A stretch of 64,000 nucleotides of DNA from Bacteroidales bacterium. GTDB lineage: Bacteria > Bacteroidota > Bacteroidia > Bacteroidales > UBA932. The notes below the pieces were generated by a model. That model saw nothing but the letters and a program-made list of their open reading frames with translations, ran no database searches and was not told where the DNA came from. Position numbers and translations under genes: made by a program. The stretch covers positions 19,780 through 83,779 of the forward strand of contig JAKSJP010000003.1 in the NCBI GenBank assembly GCA_024398105.1, given 5' to 3'. Shown here in pieces: positions 46,810-55,489 of this stretch (position 1 is the stretch's first letter; every line of letters starts with the position of its first letter).

Positions 46810-49002
46810 ATGAAACACAAATTACTTATACTCGCTGCGGCCCTCAGCTCACTCTTCCTTGTATCCTGCAAGGAAGATGAGCCGGTCGCAAAGGAGCCTA
46901 CACTTTCTGTAGTCAAGAATGAACTTTCCATTCCAGGAAAGGGAGGCGAGGCTGTCGTTGAAGTACAGGCAGAAGGCGCATTCGAGGCTACCGTGGACAA
47001 GGACTGGCTCAATTGTTCGAAGGAAGGTTCCAAGATCGTGCTCAGCGCCGGCGAGAACCCATCTATCGAATCCCGCTACGCTTCCCTCCTCATCAAGAAC
47101 AATGAGGAGTCCATCAAGCTCAGCGTAGTCCAGCTTGGACAGAAGACTTCAGGATTCGATCCTGACGACATCAAGGCATCTTCTGACGGCGGCGAATTCA
47201 CATTCGAATACAGCTACGACACCAAGATGACCGCGACTGCCGACGCAGAATGGGTATCTCTCGACATCACTGAGGACTGCCTGACTGTCACCATCGCAGA
47301 GAACACTGTCCAGGGCACACCTGAGAATCCTGCAAGATTCGCAGAGATCAAGTGGACTCTCGGAGCAGACAACGGCGTCATCGGAATCAGACAGAGCAAT
47401 GTCTCATTCATGAAGGTAGACCCTAACTGGAACGTCGAATATCTTGGCGTCCAGGACTACGAAGGCGAAGATGTCGAGGAAATCCAGAACAACGTAACCG
47501 ATCCTACCATCTCAGGCAAGTATGCAGTCTCATTCCTTTCTAAGGCTGAAGTGACAGCCAGCGGAATGGAGATCCAGGATTATATCAGCGACGTCTTTGC
47601 ACCTGCATACATCGCGGAAGTAGAAGAGATCATCGCATTCTATGCACAGTACGGAATCACCCTCGCTTTCGAGGATCTCCTCTTCGAGGACACTGATTTC
47701 CAGATTTTCGACATCTTCACCCCTGGTGATTACTACGGTATCGCTGTCGGATTCACAGAAGACGCAGATCTTACCGGACACTACGCTTACTGCGAGTTCA
47801 CCAAGGAAGGCGGTTCAGACCCAGGTCCAGGCGATGGTGGATATTCATCATGGCTCGGAGAATGGAAAGACGAAGAAGGAAGCACTTGGACAATCACTGA
47901 GAAAGTGAAGGACAAGAGCTACACTATCAACGGTATCGAGGGTATAACTACACTTCCTATCGAGGCAGAGTATGATGCTGCCAGCGAGGCACTCGTCGTA
48001 CGTGCACAGGAAGGCCTTGGTTCATATGAAGATATCGAGAATGTAGGATACTATGGTATTGCCGAAGATGGATATTTCTACACTCCTGGAACCGAACCTT
48101 ACGCAATCTTCACAGCTAAGCTTGCATCGGATGGATCTTCTGCAAACCTTGTTGGAGAAATGATCGCTACTGAAGATGGAAATCTCAGACTCGTGAACGC
48201 AATCTACATTGGAGAAGGCGATGACGGATACTACTCACTCAGCAAGTCATACATTTCACTTCCTTCTACCATCAAGAGAGTTGGAGGAAACGGAGGCGGA
48301 GACAACCCTGGATCGGGTTCTGCGGAATATAACAAGTTCCTCGGCTCATACAGCGTAGAGCCATCTGACAGTTCTCTGGATCCTTGGACAACCACAATCA
48401 GACAGGATGTGGCTGACAAGAGCTTCAAGGCATATGATTGGCAGGGCTGGAGCGACGACTGGATGAGCCCGGCAGAGGCTGACTACAAGGACGGAGCAAT
48501 CGTATTCAAAGGCGGAACCGGCAAAAAGGCTGCTTCGAATGTCCAGATCGATGACAGTGGAGAGGCATTCGACATCTATTACATGGGACGCGCTGAGATG
48601 AACGGAAAGGTCTATGTGATTACTTCCGGAACAGGTATGTACGATGCTTGCCAGGGCAAGATAGACAACAGCGGAAACATAACCCTCACCGGACTCGACG
48701 TTGAGCTCAGTGACGGTGGTACATATCCATTCGTAGACTACAGTATCGTAGCCATGAACGCTGACAAGACATCAATCTACACCTTCAGGAATATGATGAA
48801 CTCGTTCCCTGTCACAATGACCAAGGCCGGTTCAGGTTCTTCAGTGAAGCGTATGTCTCTCTCATCAAAGAACGCTGTAAAGATCGATCCAAGCCAGGTA
48901 ATCGACATCGCACAGCTCCGAAACAGCCAGGAGAGAATCAAGATGTCAGGCAAGGCTGCGATTTCACAGCCAAGAATGATCCATATTAAAATAGCCAGAT
49001 AA
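46810..49002 (+). CDS. Large surface lipoprotein: two BACON-like domains plus two LG-x-W lipocalin-like modules
   Basis: 730 aa with lipobox FLVS|CKEDE. BACON-like segments (LSIPGKGGEAVVEVQAEG...WLNCS...LSVVQLG; SSDGGEFTFEYSY...WVSLD...GIRQ). No catalytic motif recognised. Confidence 0.6.
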   Translation: MKHKLLILAAALSSLFLVSCKEDEPVAKEPTLSVVKNELSIPGKGGEAVVEVQAEGAFEATVDKDWLNCSKEGSKIVLSAGENPSIESRYASLLIKNNEESIKLSVVQLGQKTSGFDPDDIKASSDGGEFTFEYSYDTKMTATADAEWVSLDITEDCLTVTIAENTVQGTPENPARFAEIKWTLGADNGVIGIRQSNVSFMKVDPNWNVEYLGVQDYEGEDVEEIQNNVTDPTISGKYAVSFLSKAEVTASGMEIQDYISDVFAPAYIAEVEEIIAFYAQYGITLAFEDLLFEDTDFQIFDIFTPGDYYGIAVGFTEDADLTGHYAYCEFTKEGGSDPGPGDGGYSSWLGEWKDEEGSTWTITEKVKDKSYTINGIEGITTLPIEAEYDAASEALVVRAQEGLGSYEDIENVGYYGIAEDGYFYTPGTEPYAIFTAKLASDGSSANLVGEMIATEDGNLRLVNAIYIGEGDDGYYSLSKSYISLPSTIKRVGGNGGGDNPGSGSAEYNKFLGSYSVEPSDSSLDPWTTTIRQDVADKSFKAYDWQGWSDDWMSPAEADYKDGAIVFKGGTGKKAASNVQIDDSGEAFDIYYMGRAEMNGKVYVITSGTGMYDACQGKIDNSGNITLTGLDVELSDGGTYPFVDYSIVAMNADKTSIYTFRNMMNSFPVTMTKAGSGSSVKRMSLSSKNAVKIDPSQVIDIAQLRNSQERIKMSGKAAISQPRMIHIKIAR

Positions 49003-49019
49003 CAACAAACTATTATATT

Positions 49020-52000
49020 ATGAAAAAAGGTATTATTGCAGCTCTTTTTGCTGCGGCTATCGCAGTTGTAGGTTGCTACAACGACGATGAGCTTCAGAAG
49101 AAGGTCAATGACCTCGACAAGAGAGTCACTACTCTCGAGGAGCAGGTCAAGGAACTCAATGAAAAGACAGTTCCAGGTCTTCAGGCTACTGTTGCCGCCA
49201 TCCAGGATGGTGTATTCGTATCTAAGGTATCAAAGACTGCAGAAGGTGTGACAATCACTTTCTCAGACGGTACTTCCGCTTTCATCAAGGATGGTGCAAA
49301 GGGTGACAAGGGTGATTCTCCTGTAATTGCAGTCAAGGAAATTGACGGCGTATTCTACTGGACTATCAACGGTGAAGTCGTAGAGGATGCTGAAGGCAAT
49401 CCTATCACAGTCTACGAGGCTCTTCCTGAGTTCCGTATCAACAACGGCAAGTGGGAAGTTTCATACGACGAAGGCAAGACATGGACAATCGTTGACGTAA
49501 TGGGCGAAGCAGAAGCTCTTCCTATCTCTATCCAGGACGACGCTGACACCGTTACATTCTACATCGGCGAAGAGTCTTACGTCATCCAGAAGGAGCATGC
49601 ATTCTTCATCAGCTTCAACATCTCTGACCGCAAGAACATCGGTGTTCCAGAGGGAGAGGAGTTCATGTATGAGTACACAATCAACGGTCTCCGCGAGGAT
49701 GATGAGCTTGAGGTTGACATTCTCAATGTAACTGCAGGCTGGGAGGCTAAGGTAGTATCTCTTCCTAAGGGAGAGACTCCTGGCTACATCGCTGTCAAGA
49801 ACCTTGAGAACAAGGACGGAAAGGTATTCGTATATGCCGCTAACGGAAAGGGCAAGACTGACATCAAGTCTCTCGTATTCGAGGGTGGTGTCCTTACTGC
49901 TGACATGGATGTCAAGACAGTCGGTGCAGAGGGTGGAAACCTCATCCTCACAGTTGTCACCAACATGGACTATGAGCTCTATATCCCTAAGAACCAGAAG
50001 TGGCTTACACAGGCTCCAGAGACAAAGGCTACACATACAGATGTAATCACTCTCGTTGCTGCTCCTAATGAGACCGGAGCATACCGTTCAACAGAGGTTG
50101 ACGTCATCCTCCAGAACATGGAGACCAAGGCATTCGTAATCCTCCAGGAGCAGAGTGCATCTGTAGCAACAGACATCGCTTCTCTTGCAAATGTCGAGGA
50201 AGGCACAGAGGTTACACTCTTCAATGAGGTAGTCGTAGCAGCTGCTGCAGAAGGTTTCGTAATCTCAGACGGCAAGAAGAATCTCTACATCGCTGACCAG
50301 ACAGCAGCAAAGGGTGACCTTGTTGAGATCAGCGGTACTGTCACCGAGGACGGTTTCGTTGCATCTTCAGTTGAGATCAAGGGTAACGACCATGCTCTTC
50401 CAGCAGAGACAAGATTCTACTATTTCGCTTACAGCCAGATCTATGATTGCGTATTCACTGCTGTAAACGGTATTCTTAACATCGACGGTGAGACATACTC
50501 TATCGAGATGCCTTACGGCGATGTCATCACACTTGCGACACCTTCATCAGTCGAAGGTCTTGTAGCAGGCAATGTCGTTTCTGCAAAGGGCTACATGATC
50601 GGTTACGAGGAAGGTGATGAGGCTGACGAGTATACAATGCTCGCAGCAGAGATTGCATCAGCTCCATTCACAAAGAAGGGAGAGATGACATACAATCCTG
50701 ACGGAAGCAACTCTTCTTATCCAGACGAGATCGACTGGCCAGGATTTACCGAGGGATATGCTCAGTATTCTATCTACAAGAAGGAAGCTATCGGCGAAAT
50801 GTCTGAGGCTGAATTTGCTTATAACATATCAATGCAGGCTGCTGACGACTATCAGTATGATTATCTCCATTCATACGGCGCAAGCATGGCTCCAGCTACC
50901 CTCGCACCTCTCGTTCTCTATGCTCCAGGCGAGACATGTGCTGCTAAGCTTCCATACGGCGAGTATATCGTTGTAGCTACCGGTATGGATGAATATGGTC
51001 GTCTCAGTGGCGACTATGGATTCCTTGAGATCATTAAGGAAGAGCCTGTTTCAAACGCAGCTTACGAGGATTACCTCGGAACATGGAAGATGGGCACTGA
51101 TCTTCTTACCATCTCACAGAAGGAAGCTGGAAAGACATACAACATCTCAGGTATCAAGGGTCAGAAGAATGACAACTACGGATACAACGTCGAAGCTGTT
51201 GTCGCTGAGTTCGTAAACGGTAACATCGTACTTAAGGAGCAGGCAACATCTGCTACTGCAGAGGTCGGAACAAATGGTCTCTGCAACATCTACCTCTCTG
51301 GTGTATTCGCATACTCTGGAAAGACCTACGGATATTATCCTATCAACGGTGATGAGCCTCAGGTTATTTTCTCAGGAGCACTGGTTGATGACAAGATCGT
51401 CCTTACTGCAGGTTCTTGTGAATATGGAAGCTTCACAAGCATGGGCTTCTCATGGGTGATTGCAGAAGGCACAAACGCAGGAAAGGGCAACACATTCACC
51501 GGTACTACACTTGGCAACATGGAGAAGCCAGGCGAAGCTAAGGAGGCTTATAAGAAGTGGCTTGGCAACTACACATTCGTCATCGGCGGTGAAACCTACA
51601 ACGCAACAATCCAGCAGCTTAATGCAAATACCGACATGATTGTCTCATTCGACGATGAGTATATCGAGGACTATGAAGCAGTCGCAACATGGGATGAGGC
51701 TAAGGACGTGCTTACCATCAGTGGACAGAAGTTAGGAACATGGACTCATTCTACTTATGGAACAATCACAGATACAGTATGCGGCATCATCGAATACAAC
51801 GGCAACAAGACAAGCGTAACAGGTTCATATGATATCGCTACTCTCAGCTATAATGATGGTAACATCACAGTAGATACTGCCGGTAAGGTTACCCTCTCTG
51901 TAGGTGACTTCGACATCATCGGTATGTCAATGTTCGGTGTAACTTCCGACAACAAAGTCCTCAGATATGTAGATGTAGAGGACTACCAGATGTTCCCATA

Positions 52001-52196
52001 TGAGCTTACAAAGGCAGCTGGTACAACTGCTACAAGCAGCAAGTCAGCAGGTAAGACTCCTGTAATCGCTGGTAAGGCAGTTGCAGAGAAGGCTGTAGCA
52101 CAGCCAGCTAAGCTTACATCTGCAAAGACTCAGAGCACTTTCAACAAGAAAGTATCTGTAAAGGCAGAGGTAAAGAGCGTAAGAAACATCAAGTAA
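49020..52196 (+). CDS. Very large surface lipoprotein: N-terminal coiled-coil/DUF4988-like region, BACON-like domain, two LG-x-W modules, basic C-terminal tail
   Basis: 1058 aa with lipobox AVVG|CYNDDE. Coiled coil LQKKVNDLDKRVTTLEEQVKELNEK, GAKGDKGDS, then VFYWTINGEVV. BACON-like VGAEGGNLILTVVTNMDYELYIPKNQKWL. Confidence 0.6.
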   Translation: MKKGIIAALFAAAIAVVGCYNDDELQKKVNDLDKRVTTLEEQVKELNEKTVPGLQATVAAIQDGVFVSKVSKTAEGVTITFSDGTSAFIKDGAKGDKGDSPVIAVKEIDGVFYWTINGEVVEDAEGNPITVYEALPEFRINNGKWEVSYDEGKTWTIVDVMGEAEALPISIQDDADTVTFYIGEESYVIQKEHAFFISFNISDRKNIGVPEGEEFMYEYTINGLREDDELEVDILNVTAGWEAKVVSLPKGETPGYIAVKNLENKDGKVFVYAANGKGKTDIKSLVFEGGVLTADMDVKTVGAEGGNLILTVVTNMDYELYIPKNQKWLTQAPETKATHTDVITLVAAPNETGAYRSTEVDVILQNMETKAFVILQEQSASVATDIASLANVEEGTEVTLFNEVVVAAAAEGFVISDGKKNLYIADQTAAKGDLVEISGTVTEDGFVASSVEIKGNDHALPAETRFYYFAYSQIYDCVFTAVNGILNIDGETYSIEMPYGDVITLATPSSVEGLVAGNVVSAKGYMIGYEEGDEADEYTMLAAEIASAPFTKKGEMTYNPDGSNSSYPDEIDWPGFTEGYAQYSIYKKEAIGEMSEAEFAYNISMQAADDYQYDYLHSYGASMAPATLAPLVLYAPGETCAAKLPYGEYIVVATGMDEYGRLSGDYGFLEIIKEEPVSNAAYEDYLGTWKMGTDLLTISQKEAGKTYNISGIKGQKNDNYGYNVEAVVAEFVNGNIVLKEQATSATAEVGTNGLCNIYLSGVFAYSGKTYGYYPINGDEPQVIFSGALVDDKIVLTAGSCEYGSFTSMGFSWVIAEGTNAGKGNTFTGTTLGNMEKPGEAKEAYKKWLGNYTFVIGGETYNATIQQLNANTDMIVSFDDEYIEDYEAVATWDEAKDVLTISGQKLGTWTHSTYGTITDTVCGIIEYNGNKTSVTGSYDIATLSYNDGNITVDTAGKVTLSVGDFDIIGMSMFGVTSDNKVLRYVDVEDYQMFPYELTKAAGTTATSSKSAGKTPVIAGKAVAEKAVAQPAKLTSAKTQSTFNKKVSVKAEVKSVRNIK

Positions 52197-52224
52197 CAAG
52201 GCGCTGAGACAACATAATGTAAAG

Positions 52225-52250
52225 CGGGCCAGATGATTCTGGCCCGTTTT
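52225..52250 (+). terminator. Rho-independent terminator closing the SusC-to-1058-aa gene string
   Basis: 9-bp stem cgggccaga/tctggcccg with loop tgat, followed by ttttatttattttt. Confidence 0.8.
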
Positions 52251-52278
52251 ATTTATTTTTATGCCAGAAAATCGTAAA

Positions 52279-52298
52279 TTGCAGAAATTTATCTGCAA
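52279..52298 (+). promoter_or_regulatory. Perfect 7-bp inverted repeat abutting the S8 protease start codon
   Basis: TTGCAGA-aattta-TCTGCAA at 52279-52298, followed directly by ATG at 52299. Confidence 0.35.
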
Positions 52299-54575
52299 AT
52301 GAAAAAGACCATCCTATACCTCAGCATATTAGTGACTGTATTAGCCGCTTCATGCGCCAAGAACGAGGTTGATAAAAATGATTTGACGGCATCTACGGGA
52401 GCAAAGGCACCCATAGAATCTGAAGAGATCACTCCGGAGAAGGCTGAGAAGGCAATGTTCTTCGAGGGGAAAGCCATCGTCAGATTCTCTGAAGAGATGA
52501 CTCAGGCAATCGAAAGAGGTGCTGCTACAAAGGCTACGGCATCACTTCCCGAGGAGCTGGGTCTCAGGATCATCGAGAGAGTATTCCCACACGCAGGAGA
52601 ATTCGAGGAAAGGACAAGAAGGGAAAGACTCCACAGATTCTATATCGTAGAGTTCGACAAGGCACTCTCCTACTCCAAGGCAAGCGAGCTCATCTCTCAG
52701 ATGGAGGGCGTCGAGAACGTCGAGCCTTGCCGCAAGGTAAGGATCACGGAATACAACGACCCGCTGATGAGGCTTATGTGGGAATATTCCGGCAAATACA
52801 GCATACACGCCAAGGAGGCATGGGAATATACCACAGGTGACCCTTCAGTAATTGTCTGCGTCGTAGACGAAGGCATCCAGCAGGACCATCCAGACCTCCA
52901 GTGGAACCTCAGCTCAGACAACTACAACTTCGTCAGAAGAAATACCACCATCAACGGAGGTGACCATGGTACCCATGTGGCCGGAACCATCGGAGCTGTC
53001 GGCAACAACGAGGAAGGACTGGCCGGAATAGCAGGTGGTGACTATGCGAAAGGAAAGAGAGGCATCACACTCCAGAGCGCCCAGGTATTCGACGGCAGCA
53101 GCTCCGCATACGAATTCGGAAGAGCAATCAAGTGGGGAGCAGACCATGGTGCAGTCATCAGCCAGAACAGCTGGGGCTATAACTTCGACTGGAATCAAGA
53201 CGGAAGACTCACCGGCGATGAACTTACCGCAGCCCTTGCTGCAGAAGTTCCTGAAAGCGACGCAGCTGCCATGGACTACTTCACCAAGTACGCAGGCTGC
53301 GACAATGACGGCAACCAGCTTCCTGGCTCACCTATGAAGGGAGGTATCGTTGTCTTTGCAGCAGGTAACGACGGCATCGAGAACGGAATCCCTGGAAAGT
53401 ATCCAGCAGCGGTAGCAGTAGGCGCCACCCACTCCGGTGGTTCGGTAACATCCTTCTCCAACTGGGGAGACTGGGTTGACATCTGCGCTCCTGGCCAGAG
53501 CATCACAAGCTGCGTCACAGGCAGCGAGTACGGAAACATGTCAGGAACATCCATGGCATGTCCTCACGTATCGGGAGCATGCGCGTTGCTGGTCTCTTTC
53601 TTCGGAGGAGAAGGCTTTACCAACGACATGCTGAGGGAGATCCTTCTGAACGGAGCGAATCCATCGCTGATCAACTCAGGAGACCACCCTGTAGGTCCAT
53701 ATCTTGACCTTACCGGATCCCTCCAGTACGGAATCGACAAATTCAAGAGAGAGAACAATAACGCCCCTGAGATCACGACAGACTATGACGGCGATTTCGT
53801 ATTCCGTCAGTATCAGAACATCTCTATCCCATTCAGGATCAGTGATCCTGATGGAGACAAGGTGATGGTCACTGCTGAATTCAGCGGAAAAGGAGAACTC
53901 GTCCAGGACCAGAACGATCCTGAGATCTGGAACTTCAACCTCATCGGCGAGCTTGTCAGCAACTTCAATCCTCAGACAGCGAAGATCACAGTAAGTGACT
54001 ACTACGGAGGCGAGGCAGAGTATACATTTACCTACCAGGTCCTCAGGAACAATGCCCCTAAGGCTGTCAGGAATCTCGATGACATGATCATCATCGGAAC
54101 CGGTACCCAGCAGAAGATCAGCCTGGCCGGACTTTTCACTGACGAGGACGGAGAAACACTCGAGGTAACAGCCAAGGACATAGTCGGCGCACCTGCTAAA
54201 TTCATGATCGACGGGGAAACCATGACCCTTACTCCATTTGACTACGGTTCATCGACCATCACAGTCTCTGCGACCGACGCGCTCAAGGAGAAGGCTTCAG
54301 TCAAGTTCAGGTATCTTGTAAGGTCACAGGACGTCGAGATGGACTTCTACCCTAACCCTGTCAGAGACTATCTCCACGTCCGTACAGGAATCACTGAGGA
54401 AGACACAAGGATAGTAGTCGAGAATTCAACAGGAAACGTCCTTTACGACGAGACCGTGAGATGCAGCGCTTTCGAGCCTGCGGAGATCAACATGAAGAAC
54501 TACGCACCAGGTCTCTATACACTTCGTGTAACCATGGGCGGAAAGACCTATACAAACAACATAGCCAAGCGATGA
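52299..54575 (+). CDS. S8 (subtilisin-family) serine peptidase with two Ig/cadherin-like domains and a T9SS type-A C-terminal sorting domain
   Basis: 758 aa with N-terminal signal ending LAAS|C. Catalytic triad contexts VCVVDEGI, HGTHVAGTIGA and GTSMACPHVSG. C-terminus FYPNPVRDYLHVRT...APGLYTLRVTMGGKTYTNNIAKR. Confidence 0.88.
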   Translation: MKKTILYLSILVTVLAASCAKNEVDKNDLTASTGAKAPIESEEITPEKAEKAMFFEGKAIVRFSEEMTQAIERGAATKATASLPEELGLRIIERVFPHAGEFEERTRRERLHRFYIVEFDKALSYSKASELISQMEGVENVEPCRKVRITEYNDPLMRLMWEYSGKYSIHAKEAWEYTTGDPSVIVCVVDEGIQQDHPDLQWNLSSDNYNFVRRNTTINGGDHGTHVAGTIGAVGNNEEGLAGIAGGDYAKGKRGITLQSAQVFDGSSSAYEFGRAIKWGADHGAVISQNSWGYNFDWNQDGRLTGDELTAALAAEVPESDAAAMDYFTKYAGCDNDGNQLPGSPMKGGIVVFAAGNDGIENGIPGKYPAAVAVGATHSGGSVTSFSNWGDWVDICAPGQSITSCVTGSEYGNMSGTSMACPHVSGACALLVSFFGGEGFTNDMLREILLNGANPSLINSGDHPVGPYLDLTGSLQYGIDKFKRENNNAPEITTDYDGDFVFRQYQNISIPFRISDPDGDKVMVTAEFSGKGELVQDQNDPEIWNFNLIGELVSNFNPQTAKITVSDYYGGEAEYTFTYQVLRNNAPKAVRNLDDMIIIGTGTQQKISLAGLFTDEDGETLEVTAKDIVGAPAKFMIDGETMTLTPFDYGSSTITVSATDALKEKASVKFRYLVRSQDVEMDFYPNPVRDYLHVRTGITEEDTRIVVENSTGNVLYDETVRCSAFEPAEINMKNYAPGLYTLRVTMGGKTYTNNIAKR

Positions 54576-55489
54576 GAAAGTTCAGTCTTATTACAATATT
54601 CACCATGCTCTGCATAGCGTTGCCTGCGCAGGACATGGCCTTGATTTCCAGCAGGATCATCAATGACCCTGTCAACATGGCGACTGCCGGATCAGCATCA
54701 GCCAGCTCAAGGAACATCTCGATGTCGGCATTCGGAAATGCAGCCACGATGGCCTTCTACGAGGGCAAGGGTGACATCCAGGCCTCATTCAACAGATGGG
54801 CTCCTGACGGCCAGCTTTCCACACGTCTAAGCCTCGGTGGAGGATTCCGTCTGGGAAAGGCTTTCTCGCTCTCCGCAGCTGGTGTATATGGGGCAGGTCA
54901 GGAATACCAGGCAGTTGACGACCGTGGCGTCCCTGGGAACATGGTGAAGCCTAGCGACATGATGCTCGGTCTAGGTATCGGAATTGCAGCCAGCGAACAC
55001 TTCGGACTCGGTTTCAACTTCCGCTACAGTTCAGAGATGCTCTACGAGGACACCTCCGTCCGCGCGATCATGGTAGATGCTTCGCTGATGTACCACAACA
55101 ATGGTCTCAACGTATCAGCAGGAGTACGAAGCCTCGGACCTAAGGTACATGACCAGGCAGAGACTCAGTTCAACCTTCCTTACGCAGTCAACCTTGCAGC
55201 ATATTATGACATGGAATTCGCCGAGCAGCACAGCCTCGGATTCGGAATCGACGGCAACTACTTCCTCAATGGAGGAATCAGTGCTGCTGCAGGAGTGGAG
55301 TACTCATGGAACGACACAGTGTTCGCCAGAGCCGGTTTCCACTATGGCAACTCAGGTTCGCCTCTTCCGACAAACCTCGCTCTTGGACTTGGAGCGAAGT
55401 TCATCGGAATCAGCGTCAACGTCTCATATCTTACTCTTAACGAAGCCCTTGGCAACACTCTTTGTGTCGGCCTTGGATACAGCTTCTAA
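54572..55489 (+). CDS. Outer-membrane beta-barrel, PorV/PorQ-family-like (T9SS-associated)
   Basis: The ORF runs from 54461; the plausible start is ATG 54572, overlapping the protease stop (ATGA). 305 aa with signal peptide MRKFSLITIFTMLCIALPA|Q. N-terminal pattern NMATAGSASASS...SAFGNAATMAF resembles the PorV/PorQ signature. Alternating beta-strand pattern, terminal GLGYSF. Confidence 0.55.
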   Translation: MRKFSLITIFTMLCIALPAQDMALISSRIINDPVNMATAGSASASSRNISMSAFGNAATMAFYEGKGDIQASFNRWAPDGQLSTRLSLGGGFRLGKAFSLSAAGVYGAGQEYQAVDDRGVPGNMVKPSDMMLGLGIGIAASEHFGLGFNFRYSSEMLYEDTSVRAIMVDASLMYHNNGLNVSAGVRSLGPKVHDQAETQFNLPYAVNLAAYYDMEFAEQHSLGFGIDGNYFLNGGISAAAGVEYSWNDTVFARAGFHYGNSGSPLPTNLALGLGAKFIGISVNVSYLTLNEALGNTLCVGLGYSF

